Assembly: GCA_964016885.1 (NCBI GenBank)
Contig: OZ024744.1
Span: 45,384,001 to 45,448,000, forward strand
Direction of reading: 5' to 3'
DNA: 64,000 bases
From: Eledone cirrhosa
Lineage: Eukaryota
Part shown: piece after piece, positions 1-18,500 of the stretch
Numbering within the stretch: the first letter of the stretch is position 1
Layout: each line of letters starts with the position of its first letter
Translations under genes and position numbers: made by a program
The notes under the pieces: model-generated
The model's input: the letters and a program-made list of their open reading frames with translations, nothing else
Databases searched by the model: none
Told to the model about the DNA's origin: nothing

Positions 1-40
1 ATCACACTACACCATATCACATCACACTACAATATACCAC

Positions 41-3000
41 TCCACACTACAATATATCACACTAGACTACAATATACCACTCAACACTACAATATATCAC
101 TCTACACTACAATATACCACACCACACTACAATATACGAATCCACTGTACACTATAACACAGCACACTACAATATATCACACTACAAGACAATATACCAC
201 ACCACACTAAAATATACCACACCACACTACAATATACCAGACCACGCTACAATATATCACACTACACTACAATATATCACACGACATTACAAAATACCAC
301 ACCACTCTACAATATATCGCACTGTACTCCAGTATATATTACCACACTACAATATAGCACACTACACTGCACCATACCACTCCACATTACAATATATAAC
401 ATCATACTATACTATACCACCACACTACAATATATCACACGCACTACAATATACCACACCACACTACAATATACCACACCACACTACATTATCCCACACC
501 ACACTACTATATATCACACCACACTACAATATACCCAACCACACTATACAAAATCACTCCACACTACAATATACCGCACCATATCACACCACACTACAAT
601 ATACCACACTACACTACAATATATTACATCACACTACAATGTACCACACCACACTACCATATGCTAATACATATTGCAATATATCACACTACACTACAAT
701 ATATCACACTAAACTACACTATACCACACGACACTACACTATACCACTCCACACTACAATATACCACATCACATTGCAATATACCACACCACACTGCAAT
801 ATGCCACACCACACTAGTATACACCATACAACACATTATACCACACCACACTAAAATATACCACACCACACTACAATATATCACACTACATTACAATAAA
901 CCACACCACACTGCAAAATACCACACCACACTACAATACACCACACCACACTACAATATACCACACCACACTGCAATACACAACACCACACTACACTATA
1001 CCATAACAAACTACAATATACCACACCAGACTAGAATATACCACTCCACACTACAATATATCAAACTACACTACAATATATCAAACTACACTACAATATA
1101 CCACACCACACTACAATATACGACTCCACTCTACACTATACCCCACCACACTACAATATATCACACTACACTACAATATACCACACTACACTAAAATATA
1201 CCACACCACACTACAATATACCAGACCACACTACAATATATCACACTACACTACAATATATCAAACTACACTACAATATATCACACTACTCTACAATAAA
1301 CCACTCCACACTACAATATACGACTCCACTCTACACTATACCACACCACACTACACTACAATATACCACACCACACTAAAATATACCACACCACACTAAA
1401 ATATACCACACCACACTACAATATACCAGACCAAACTACAATATATCACACTACACTACAATAAATCACACTACTCTACAATAAACCACTCCACACTACA
1501 ATATATCACACCACACTACTATACATCGTACCACATTACAATATATCACACTACACTACAATATACCACACCATACTACAATATACCACACCACACTACA
1601 ATATACCACACCACACTACAATATATCACATTATAATATACCACACTACACTACAATATATCAAACTACACTACAATATACCACACCACACTACAATATA
1701 CGACTCCACTCTACACTATAACCCACCACACTACAATATATCACACTACACTACAATATACCACACCACACTAAAATATACCACACCACACTACAATATA
1801 CCAGACCACACTACAATACACTGTATATCACACTACACTACAATATATCAAACTACACTACAATATACCAGACCACACTACAATATACGACTCCAATCTA
1901 CACTATACCACACCACACTATATCACACTATACTACAATATACCACTCCACAGTACAATATATCACACCACACTACAATATATCACACTACACTACAATA
2001 TACCACTCCAAACTACAATATATTACTCCATACTACAATATACCACACCACACTACAATATACCACACCAAACTACAATATATCACACAACAATATACCA
2101 CTCAACACTACAATATATCACTCTACACTACAATATACCACTCCACACTACACTACAATATATTACATCACACTACAATGTACCACACCACACTACCATA
2201 TGCTAATCCATATTGCAATACTACACACTACACTACAATATATCACACTAAACTACGTTATACCACACCACACTACACTATACCACTCCACACTTCAATA
2301 TACCAAATCACATTGCAATATACCACACCACACTGCAGTATGCCACACCACACTAGTATACACCATACAACACATTATACCACACCACACTAAAATATAC
2401 CACACCACATTACAATATATCACACTACATTACAATAAACCACACCACACTGCAAAATACCACACCACACTACAATACACCACACCACACTACAATATAC
2501 CACACCACGCTACAATACACAACACTACACTACACTATACCATAACAAACTACAATATACCACACCAGACTAGAATATAGCACTCCACACTACAATATAT
2601 CAAACTACACTACAATAAATCAAACTACACTACAATATACCACACCACACTACAATATACGACTCCACTCTACACTATACCCCACCACACTACAATATAT
2701 CACACTACACTACAATATATCAAACTACACTACAATATACCACACCACACTAAAATATACGACTCCACTCTACACTATACCACACCACACTACACTACGA
2801 TATACCACACCACACTAAAATATACCACACCACACTAAAATATACCACACCACACTACAATATGCCACACCACACTACAATATATCACACTATATTAAAA
2901 TATACCACACAATACTGCAAAATACCACACCACACTACAATACACCACACCACACTACAATATACCACACCACGCTACAATACACAACACTACACTACAC

Positions 3001-6000
3001 TATACCATACCAAACAACAATATGCCACACCAGACTACAATATACCACTCCACACTACACTATATTAAACTACACTACAATATACCACACCACACTACAA
3101 TAAACCACTCCACTCTACACTATACCTCACCACACTACAATATATCACACTACACTACAATATACCACACCACACTAAAATATACCAGACCACACTACAA
3201 TATACCAGACCACACTACAATATATCATACTACACTACAATATATCAAACTACAAATATCAAACTACACTAAAATATATCACACCACACTACAATATACG
3301 ACTCCACTCTACACTATACCACACCACACTACAATATATCAAACTACACTACAATATACCATACCACACTAAAATATACCACACCACACTAAAATATACC
3401 ACACCACACTACAATATCCAAGACCACACTACAATATATCACACTACACTACAATATATCACACTACACTACAATATACCACACCACACTACAATATACG
3501 ACTCCACTCTACACTATACCACACCACACTACAATATATCACACTACACTACAATATACCATACCACACTAAAATATACCACACCACACTACAATATACC
3601 AGACCACACTGCAATATATCATACTACACTACAATATATCAAACTACACTACAATTTGCCACACGACACTACAATATACGACTCCACTCTACACTATACC
3701 ACACCACATTGCACTACAATATACCACACCACACTAAAATATACCACACCACACTAAAATATACCACACCACACTACAATATACCACTCCACACTACAAT
3801 ATATCACACCACACTACAGTATACCACACCACACTACAATATAGCACACCCCATTACAATATATCACATTATAATATACCACTCAACACTACAATGTATC
3901 ACTCTACACTACAATAGACCACTCCATACTACAATATATCACATCACACTACATTATATCACATCACACTACAACATATCACACCACACTACAATAAATC
4001 ACACTACATTACAATATATCACACCACATTACAATATATTACATAACACTGCAATATACAACTCCACACTACACTATACAACTCCACACTACAATATACT
4101 ACACCACACTAAAATACCACATCACACTACAATATACCACAATACACTACACTATACCACACCACACTACACTATATCACATCATACTACAATATATCAC
4201 ATTACACTACACTATATCACAGCACACTACAATATATGGACACTACTCTACACTATACCACTCCATGTTACAATATATCACATCACATTACAATATACCA
4301 CACCACACTAACATATATCACATCATACTACAATATACGACACCACACTACAATATATCACACCACACCACACTATACCACTCCACACTACACGATACCA
4401 CACCACACTACAATATACCACTCGACACTACAATATATCGGACTGTACTTCAATATATCATAGCACACTACAATATATCACACTGCACCATACCACTCCA
4501 CACGACAGTATATCACATCATACTACACTATAATATATCACACCGCACTACAATATACCAAACCACACTACAATATACCACACCACACTACAGTATCCCA
4601 CACTACTATATATCACAGCACACTACAATATACCACACCACACTACAATATACCACACCACACAATAAAATATCACTCAACACTACAATATACCACACTA
4701 TATCACGCCACACTACAATATACCACCCCACATTACAATATACCACACTACACTAAAATATACCACACCACACTACAATATATCAAACTACACTGCAATA
4801 TACCACACCACGGTACAATATACCACACCACACGACAATATATCAAACTACACTGCAATATACCATACCACGCTAAAATATACCACACCACACTACACTA
4901 TACCATACCAAACTAGATTATACAAAAACAGCCAACAGTATACCAATCCACACTAAAATATATCAAACTACACTACAATATACCACACCACACTACAATA
5001 TACGACTCCACTCTACACTACAATATACCACACTACAATATATCACACTACACTACAATATACGACACCACACTAAAATATACCACACCACACTACAATT
5101 TAGCAGACCACACAACAATATAACACACTACACTACAATATATCAAACTACACTAAAAAATAACACACCACACTACAATATACGACTCCAATCTACACTA
5201 TGCCACACCACACTACAATATATCGCACTACACTACAATATACCACACCACACTAAAATATACCACACCACACTATAATATACCAGACCACATTACACTA
5301 CAATATATCACACTACACCACAGTATACCACTACACACTACAATATATCACACCACACTACAATATACCACACTACACGATATCACACCACACTACTATA
5401 TATATAACCACATTACAATAATTCACACTACACTACAATATACCACTCCATACTACAATATACCACACCACACTACAATATATCACACTACAATATACCA
5501 CTCAACACTACAATATATCACTCTACACTACAATATACGACGCCACACTACAATATACCACACCACACTACAATATATCACATCACACTACACTATATAA
5601 CATCACACTACAATATACCACTCCACACTAAAATATATCACACTAGACTACAAAATACCACTCAACACTACAATATATCATTCAACACTACAATATACCT
5701 CACCACACTACAATATATCACACTACACTACAATATACCACTCCAAACTACAATATATTACTCCATACTACAATATACCACACCACACTACAATATACCA
5801 CTCCACACTAAAATATATCACACTAGACTACAATATACCACTCAACACTACAATATATCACTCCACACTACAATATACCACACCACACTACAATATACGA
5901 ATCCACTGTACACTATAACACAGCACACTACAATATATCACACTACACGACAATATACCACACCACACTAAAATATACCACACCACACTACAATATACCA

Positions 6001-8600
6001 GACCACGCTACAATATATCACACGACACTACAAAATACCACACCACTCTACAATATATCGTACTGTACTCCAATATATCATACCACACTACAATATAGCA
6101 CACTACACTGCACCATACCACTCCACATTACAATATATCACATCATACTATACTATACCACCACACTACAATATATCACACGCACTACAATATACCACAC
6201 CACACTACAATATACCACACCACACTACTATATATCACACCACACTACAATATACCCAACCACACTATACAAAATCACTCCACACTACAATATACCGCAC
6301 CATATCACACCACACTACAATATACCACACTACACTACAATATATTACATCACACTACCATATGCTAATCCATATTGCAACATATCACACTACACTACAA
6401 TATATCACACTAAACTACACTATACCACACGACACTACACTATACCACTCCACACTACAATATACCACATCACATTGCAATATACCACACCACACTGCAA
6501 TATGCCACACCACACTAGTATACACCATACGACACATTATACCACACCACACTAAAATATACCACACCACACTACAATATATCACACTACATTAAAATAA
6601 ACCACACCACACTGCAAAATACCACACCACACTACAATACACCACACCACACTACAATATACCACACCACGCTACAATACACAACACTACACTACACTAT
6701 ACCATAACAAACTACAATATACCACACCAGACTAGAATATACCACTCCACACTACAATATATCAAACTACACTACAATATATCAAACTACAGTACAATAT
6801 ACCACACCACACTACAATATACGACTCCACTCTACACTATACCCCACCACACTACAATATATCACACTACACTACAATATACCACACTACACTAAAATAT
6901 ACTACACCACACTACAATATACCAGACCACACTACAATATATCACACTACACTACAATATATCAAACTACACTACAATATATCACACTACTCTACAATAA
7001 ACCACTCCACACTACAATATACGACTCCACTCTACACTATACCACACCACACTACACTACAATATACCACACCACACTAAAATATACCACACCACACTAA
7101 AATATACCACACCACACTACAATATACCAGACCACACTACAATATATCACACTACACTACAATAAATCACACTACTCTACAATAAACCACTCCACACTAC
7201 AATATATCACACCACACTACTATACATCGTACCACATTACAATATATCACACTACACTACAATATACCACACCATACTACAATATACCACACCACACTAC
7301 AATATACCACACCACACTACAATATATCACATTATAATATACCACACTACATTACAATATATCAAACTACACTACAATATACCACACCACACTACAATAT
7401 ACGACTCCACTCTACACTATAACCCACCACACTACAATATATCACACTACACTACAATATACCACACCACACTAAAATATACCACACCACACTACAATAT
7501 AACAGACCACACTACAATACACTGTATATCACACTACACTACAATATATCAAACTACACTACAATATACCAGACCACACTACAATATACGACTCCAATCT
7601 ACACTATACCACACCACACTATATCACACTATACTGCAATATACCACTACACACTACAATATATCACATTACACTCAATATACCACTCCACAGTACAATA
7701 TATCACACCACACTACAATATATCACACTACACTACAATATACCACTCCAAACTACAATATATTACTCCATACTACAATATACCACACCACACTACAATA
7801 TACCACACCAAACTACAATATATCACACTACAATATACCACTCAACACTACAATATATCACTCTACACTACAATATACCACTCCACACTACACTACAATA
7901 TATTACATCACACAACAATGTACCACACCACACTACCATATGCTAATCCATATTGCAATACTACACACTACACTACAATATATCACACTAAACTACATTA
8001 TACCACACCACACTACACTATACCACTCCACACTTCAATATACCAAATCACATTGCAATATACCACACCACACTGCAGTATGCCACACCACACTAGTATA
8101 CACCATACAACACATTATACCACACCACACTAAAATATACCACACCACATTACAATATATCACACTACATTACAATAAACCACACCACACTGCAAAATAC
8201 CACACCACACTACAATACACCACACCACACTACAATATACCACACCACGCTACAATACACAACACTACACTACACTATACCATAACAAACTACAATATAC
8301 CACACCAGACTAGAATATAGCACTCCACACTACGATACATCAAACTACACTACAATATATCAAACTACACTACAATATACCACACCACACTACAATATAC
8401 GACACCACTCTACACTATACCCCACCACACTACAATATATCACACTACACTACAATATATCAAACTACACTACAATATACCACACCAGACTAAAATATAC
8501 GACTCCACTCTACACTATACCACACCACACTACACTACAATATACCACACCACACTAAAATATACCACACCACACTAAATATACCACACCACACTACAAT
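41..8600. repeat. Imperfect direct duplication: ~41-2860 repeated at ~5802-8600 (offset 5701-5761)
   Basis: Landmark TCCACTGTACACTATAACACAGCAC at 141 and 5902. ORF-track pairs 661/6362 (offset 5701), 2178/7918 and 2200/7940 (offset 5740) give near-identical translations. Confidence 0.9.
600..2860. repeat. Nested direct repeat at ~1.54-kb spacing within the first duplicated block (also 6362/7940, offset 1578)
   Basis: ATGCTAAT(A/C)CATATTGCAAT...CACTAGTATACACCATACAACACATTAT block at 661 and 2200 (offset 1539). Confidence 0.85.
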
Positions 8601-11600
8601 ATATCACACTACACTACAATAAATCACACTACACTACAATAAACCACTCCACACTACAATATATCACACCACACTACTATACATCGTACCACATTACAAT
8701 ATATCACACTACACTACAATACACCACTCCATACTACAATATACCACACCATACTACAATATACCACACCACACTACAATATACCACACTACACTACAAT
8801 ATATCACATTATAATATACCACACCAGACTACAATATATCAAATTACACTACAATATACCACACCACACTACAATATACGACTCCACTCTACACTATAAC
8901 CCACCACACTACAATATATCACACTACACTACAATATACCACACCACACTAAAATATACCACACCACACTACAATATACCAGACCACACTACAATATATC
9001 ACACTACACTACAATATATCAAACTACACTACAATATACCACACCACACTACAATATACGACTCCACTCTACGCTATACCACACCACACTACACTACAAT
9101 ATACCACAGAACACTAAAATATACCACACCACACTAAAATATACCACACCAAACTACACTATACCAGACCACACTACAATATATCACACTACACTACAAT
9201 ATATCACACTACACTACAATAAACCACTCCACACCACAATATATCACACCACACTACTATATATCGTACCACATTACAATATATCACACTACACTACAAT
9301 ATACCACTCCATACTACAATATACCACACCACACTACAATATACCACACCACACTACAATATACCACACCACAATACAATATGTCACATTATAATATACC
9401 ACTCAACACTACGATGTATCACTCTACACTACAATATACCACTCCACACTACAATTTATCACATCACACTACACTATATCACATCACACTACAATATACC
9501 ACACCACACTACAATATATCACACTATACTACAATATACCACTACACACTACAATATATCACATTACACTCAATATACCACTCCACAGTACAATATATCA
9601 CACCAAACTACAATATATCACACTACAATATACCACTCAACACTACAATATATCACTCTACACTACAATATACCACACCACACTACAACATATCACATCA
9701 CGCTACACCATATCACATCACACTACAATATACCACTCCACACTACAATGTATCACACTAGTCTACAATATACCACTCAACACTACAATATGTCACTCTA
9801 CACTACAATATACCACACCACACTACAATATACGAATCCACTCTACACTATACCACAGTACACTACAATATATCACACTACACGACAATATACCACACCA
9901 CACTAAAATATACCACACCACACTACAATATACCACACCACGCTACAATATATCACACAACACTACAATATATCACACTACACTACAATATACCACGCCA
10001 CACTACAATATATCGCACTGTACTCCAATATATCATACCACACTACAATATAGCACACTACACTGCACCATAACAAACTACAATATACCACACCAGACTA
10101 GAATATACCACTCCACACTACAATATATCAAACTACACTACAATATATCAAACTACACTACAATATACCACACCACACTACAATATACCACACCACACTA
10201 CAATATATCACATCACGCTACACCATATCACATCACACTACAATATACCACTCCACACTACAATATATCACACTAGTCTACAATATACCACTCAACACTA
10301 CAATATATCACTCTACACTACAATATACCACACCACACTACAATATACGAATCCACTCTACACTATACCCCACCACACTACAATATATCACACTACACTA
10401 CAATATACCACACTAGACTAAAATATACCACACCACACTACAATATACCAGACCACACTACAATATATCACACTACACTACAATATATCAAACTACACTA
10501 CAATATACCACACCACACTAAAATATACGACTCCACTCTACACAATACCACACCACACTACACTACAATATACCACACCACACTAAAATATACCACAGCA
10601 CACTAAAATATACCACACCACACTACAATATACCAAACCACACTAAAATATATCACACTACACTACAATAAATCACACTACACTACAATAAACCACTCCA
10701 CACTACAATATATCACACCACACTACTATACATCGTACCACATTACAATATATCACACTACACTACAATATACCACTCCATACTACAATATACCACACCA
10801 TACTACAATATACCACACCACATTACAATATACCACACCACACTACAATATATCACATTATAATAGACCACACCACACTACAATATATCAAACTACACTA
10901 CAATATACCACACCACACTACAAAATACGACTCCACTCTACACTATAACCCACCACACTACAATATATCACACTACACTACAATATACCACTCCACACTA
11001 AAATATACCACACCACACTACAATATACCAGACCACACTACAATATATCACACTACACTACAATATATCAAACTACACTACAATATACCACACCACACTA
11101 CAATATACGACTCCACTCTACGCTATACCACACCACACTACACTACAATATACCACACCACACTAAAATATACCACACCACACTAAAATATACCACACCA
11201 AACTACAATATACCAGACCACACTACAATATATCACACTACACTACAATATATCACACTACACTACAATAAACCACTCCACACCACAATATATCACACCA
11301 CACTACTATATATCGTACCACATTACAATATATCACACTACACTACAATATACCACTCCATACTACAATATACCACACCACACTACAATATACCACACCA
11401 CACTACAATATACCACACCACAATACAATATGTCACATTATAATATACCACTCAACACTACAATGTATCACTCTACACTACAATATACCACTCCACACTA
11501 CAATTTATCACATCACACTACACTATATCACATCACACTACAATATACCACACCACACTGCAATATATCACACTATACTACAATATACCATACACACTAC

Positions 11601-11640
11601 AATATATCACATTGCACTCAATATACCACTCCACAGTACA
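8600..11640. repeat. Direct duplication of ~1 kb at offset 2049 (~8600-9590 vs ~10650-11640)
   Basis: ACATCGTACC at 8681/10730, ACTCCACTCTACGCTATACC at 9061/11110, and ORF starts 9381/11430 all share offset 2049. Confidence 0.85.
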
Positions 11641-12779
11641 ATATATCACACCACACTACAATATATCACACTACACTACAATATACCACTCCAAACTACA
11701 ATATATTACTCCATACTACAATATACCACGCCACACTACAATATACCACACGAAACTACAATATATCACACTACAATATACCACTCAACACTACAATATA
11801 TCACTCTACACTACAATATACCACTCCACACTACAATATACCACACCATACTACAATATATCACATCACACTACACCATATCACATCACACTACAATATA
11901 CCACTCCACACTCCAATATATCACACTAGTCTACAATATACCACTCAACACTACAATATATCACTCTACACTACAATATACCACACCACACTACAATATA
12001 CGAATCCACTCTACACTATACCACTGTACACTACAATATATCACACTACACTACAATATACCACACCACACTACAATATATCGCACTGTACTCCAATATA
12101 TCATACCACATTACAATATAGCACACTACACTGCACCATACCACTCCACATTACAATATATCACATCATACTACACTATACCACCACACTACAATATATC
12201 ACACCGCACCGCAATATACCACACCACACTACAATACACCACACCACAGTACATTATCCCACACCACACTACTATATATCATACCACACTACAATATACC
12301 CCACCACACTATAAACAATCACTCCACACTACAATGTACCGCACTATATCACACCACACTACAATATACCACACTACACTACAATATACTACATCACACT
12401 ACAATGTACCACACCACACTACCATATGGTAATCCATATTGCAATATATCACACTACACTACAATATATCACACTAAACTACACTATACCACACCACACT
12501 AGAATATACCACTTCACACAAAAATATACCACAACACACTACACTATACCACTCCACACTACAATATACCACATCACATTGCAATATACAAGACCACACT
12601 GCAATATACCACGCCACACTAGAATACACCATACAACACATTATACCACACCACACTAAAATATACCACACCACACTACAATATATCACACTACATTACA
12701 ATATACCACACCACACTGCAAAATACCACACCACTCTACAATACACCACACCACACTACAATATACCACACCACGCTAC

Positions 12780-15495
12780 AATATATCACATCACACTACA
12801 CCATATCACATCACACTACAATATACCACTCCACACTACAATATATCACACTAGTCTACAATATACCACTCAATACTACAATATATCACTCTACACTACA
12901 ATATACAACACCACACTACAATATACGAATCCACTCTACACTATACCACAGTACACTACAATATATTACACTACACGACAATATACCACACCACACTAAA
13001 ATATACCACATCACACTACAATATACCACACCACGCTACAATATATCACACTACACTACAATATATCACACTACACCACTCTGCAATATATCGCACCAAT
13101 ATACCACAACACTCTACAATATATCGCACTGTTCTCCAATATATCATACCACACAACAATATAGCACACTACACTGCACCATACCACTCCACATTACAAT
13201 ATATCACATCATACTACACTATACCACCACACTACAATATATCACACCGCACTGCAATATACCACACCACACTACAATAAACCACACCACACTACATTAT
13301 CCCACACCACACTACTATATATCATACCACACTACAATATACTCCACCACACTATAAAAAATCACTCCACACTACAATGTACCGCACTATATCACACCAC
13401 ACTACAATATACCACACTACAGTACAATATACTACATCACACTACAATGTACCACACCACTCTACCATATGGTAATCCATATTGCAATATATCACGCTAC
13501 ACTACAATATATCACACTAAACTACACTATACCACACCACACTACAATATACCACTTCACACAAAAATATACCACACCACACTACATTATCCCACACAAC
13601 ACTACTATATATCATACCACACTACAATATACCCCTGCACACTATAAAAAATCACTCCACACTACAATGTACCGCACTATATCACACCACACTACAATAT
13701 ACCACACTACACTACAATATACTACATCACACTACAATGTACCACACCACTCTACCATATGGTAATCCATATTGCAATATATCACGCTACACTACAATAT
13801 ATCACACTAAACTACACTATACCACTCCACACTACAATATACCACATCACATTGCAATATACCACACCACACTGCAATATACCACACCACACTAGAATAC
13901 ATCATACAACACATTATACCACACCACACTAAAATATACCACACCACACTACAATATATCACACTACATTACAATATACCACACCACACTGCAATACACA
14001 ACACCACACTACACTATACCATACCAAACTACAATATACCACACCAGACAAGAATATACCACTCCACACTACAATATATCAAACTACACTACAATATATC
14101 AAATTACACTACAATATACCACACCACACTACAATATACGACTCCACTCTACACTATACCCCACCACACTACAATATACCACACCACACTACAATATATC
14201 ACACTACATTACAATATACCACACCACACTGCAAAATACCACACCACTCTACAATACACCACATCACACTACAATATACCACACCACGCTACGATACACA
14301 ACACTACACTACACTATACCATACCAAACTACAATATACCACACCAGACTAGAATATACCACTCCACACTACAATATATCAAACTACACTACAATATACC
14401 ACACCACACTACAATATACGACTCCACTCTACACTATACCACACCACACTACAATATATCACACCACGCTAAAATATACCACACCACACTACAATATACC
14501 AGACCACACTACGATATATCACACTACACTACAATATACCACTCAAACTACAATAAATTACTCCATACTACACTATACCACACCACACTACAATATACCA
14601 CACCAAACTACAATATATCACACTACAATATACCACTCAACACTACAATATATCACTCTACACTACAATATACCACTCCACACTACAATATACCACACCA
14701 CACTACAATATATCACATCACACTACACCATATCACACCACACTACAATATACCACTCCACACTACAATATATCACACTAGTCTAAAATATACCACTCAA
14801 CACTACAATATATCACTCTACACTACAATATACCACACCACACTACAATATACGAATCCACTCAACACTATACCACAGTACACTACAATATATCACACTA
14901 CACGACAATATACCACACCACACTAAAATATACCACATCACACTACAATATATCACACCACGCTACAATATATCACACTACACTACAATATATCACACTA
15001 CACCACTCTACAATATATCGCACCAATATAACACACCACTCTACAATATATCGCACTGTTCTCCAATATATCATACCACACTACAATATAGCACACTACA
15101 CTGCACCATACCACTCCACATTACAATATATCACATCATACTACACTATACCACCACACTGCAATATATCACACCGCACTGCAATATACCACACCACACT
15201 ACAATATACCACACCACAATACATTATCCCACACCACACTACTATATATCATACCACACTACAATATACCCCTCCACACTATAAAAAATCACTCCACACT
15301 ACAATGTACCGCACTATATCACACCACACAACAATACACCACACTACACTACAATATACTACATCACACTACAATGTACCACACCACTCTACCATATGGT
15401 AATCCATATTGCAATATATCACGCTACACTACAATATATCACACTAAACTACTCTATACCACACCTCACTACAATATACCACTTCACACAAAAAT
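12780..15495. repeat. Direct duplication of ~0.8 kb at offset 1927 (~12780-13570 vs ~14707-15495)
   Basis: ACGAATCCACT at 12925/14852. ORF pairs 13447/15374 and 13469/15396 share offset 1927, and both copies carry the rare CGCACCAATAT...CGCACTGTTCTCC motif. Confidence 0.85.
13281..13825. repeat. Local direct duplication at 290-bp spacing
   Basis: ACTACATTATCCCACAC at 13291/13581 and GGTAATCCAT at 13471/13761. Confidence 0.85.
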
Positions 15496-15554
15496 ATATC
15501 AAACTACATTACAATATACCACACCACACTACAATATACGACTCCACTCTACAC

Positions 15555-18500
15555 TATATCACACCAGACTACGCTACAATATACCACACCACACTAAAAT
15601 ATACCACATCACACTAAAATATACCACACCACACTACAATATACCAGACCACACTACAATATATCACACTACACTACAATATATCACACTACACTACAAT
15701 AAACCACTCCACAATACAATATATCACACCACACTACTATATATCGTACCACATTACAATATATCACACTACACTACAATATACCACTCCATACTACAAT
15801 ATACCACACCACACTACAATATACCACACAACACTACAATATACCACACCACACTACAATATATCACATTATAATATACCACACCACACTACAATATATC
15901 AAACTACACTACAATATATCAAACTACACTACAATATACCACACCACACTACAATATACGACTCCACTCTACACTATACCCCACCACACTACAATATATC
16001 ACACTACACTACAATATTCCACACCACACTAAAATATACCACACCACACTACAATATACCAGACCACACTACAATATATATCACACTACACTACAATATA
16101 TCAAACTACACTACAATATACCACACCACACTACAATATACGACTCCACTCTACACTATACCACACCACACTACACTACAATATACAACACCACACTAAA
16201 ATATACCACACCACACTACAATATACCAGACCACACTACAATATATCACACCACACTAGAATACACCATACAACACATTATACCACACTACACTAAAATA
16301 TACCGCACCACACTACAATATATCACACTACATTACAATATACCACACCACACTGCAAAATACCACACGACTCTACAATACACCACACCACACTACAATA
16401 TACCACACCACGCTACAATACACAACACTACACTACACTATACCATACCAAACTACAATATACCACACCAGACTAGAATATACCACTCCACACTACAATA
16501 TATCAAACTACACTACAATATACCACACCACACTAAAATATACCACACCACACTACAATATACCCGACCACACTAAAATATACCACACCACACTACAATA
16601 TACCAGACCACACTACAATATATCACACTACACTACAATATATCACACCACACTACTATATATCGAACCACATTACAATATATCACACTACACTACAATA
16701 TACCACTCCATACTACAATATACCACACCATACTACAATATACCACACCACACTACAATATACCACACCACACTACAATATATCACATTATAATATACCA
16801 CTCAACACTACAATGTATCACTCTACACTACAATATTCCACTCCACACTACAATTTATCACATCACACTACACTATATCACATCACACTACAATATACCA
16901 CACCACACTACAATATATCACACTATACTACAATATACCACTTCACACTACAATATATCACATTACACTCAATATACCATTCCACAGTACAATATATCAC
17001 ACCACACTACAATAAATCACACTACATTACAATATATCACACCACATTACAATATATTACATAACACTGCAATATACAACTCCACACTACACTATACAAC
17101 TCCACACTACAATATAGTACACCACACTACAATATATCACATCACATTACAATAAACCACACCACACTAACATATATCACATCATACTACAATATACGAC
17201 ACCACACTACAATATATCACACCACACCACACTATACCACTCCACACTACACGATACCATACCACACTACAATATAGCACTCGACACTACAATATATCGG
17301 ACTGTACTTCAATATATCATAGCACACAACAATATATCACACTGCACCATACCACTCCACACTACAGTATATCACATCATACTACACTATACCACCACAC
17401 TACAATATATCACACCGCACTACAATATACCAGACCACACTACAATATACCACACCACACTACAGTATCCTACACTACTATATATCACAGCACACTACAA
17501 TATGCCACACCACACTACAATATACCACACCACACTATAAAATATCACTCAACACTATAATATACCACACTATATCACGCCACACTACAATATACCACCC
17601 ACATTACAATATACCACACGACACTACAATATACCACGTCACACTACAATATACCACACCACACTACAATATGCTAATCCATACTGCAATATATCACACT
17701 ACACAACAATATACCACTCCACACTACAATATACCACTCCACACTAGAATATCTCACTCCACACTACAATATACCACACCACACTACAATATATCACACT
17801 AAACTAAATATACCACGCCACTCTGCAATATACCTTCACACAACAATATACCACACCACACTACACTATGCCACTCCACACTACAATATACCACACCACA
17901 CTACAATATAAAAAACCATACTACACTATACCACACCATTTTACAATATACCAGACCACGCTACAACGTATCACACTACACTACAATATATCACACTACA
18001 CTACAATATACCACTCCTCACTACAATATACCACACCACACTACAATATACCACACTACACTACAATATATCACACCACACTACAATTTAACACTCCACA
18101 CTATAATATATCAGACTAGACTACATTATACCACTCAACTCTACAATATATCACTATCCACTACAATATACCACTCCACACTACAATATACCACACCACA
18201 CTACAATATATCACACTATACTACAATATTCCAATCCACAGTACAATATATCACACCACACTACAATATATCACACTACATTAGAATATATCACACACAT
18301 TCCAATATATTACATAACACTGCAATATACAACTCCACACTACACTATACAACTCCACGCTACAATATACTACACCACACTACAATATACCACATCACAC
18401 TACACTATACCACACCACACTACAATATATGACATAATACTACAATAGATCACACTAAACTACACTATATCACACCACGCTACAATATGTCGACATTACT

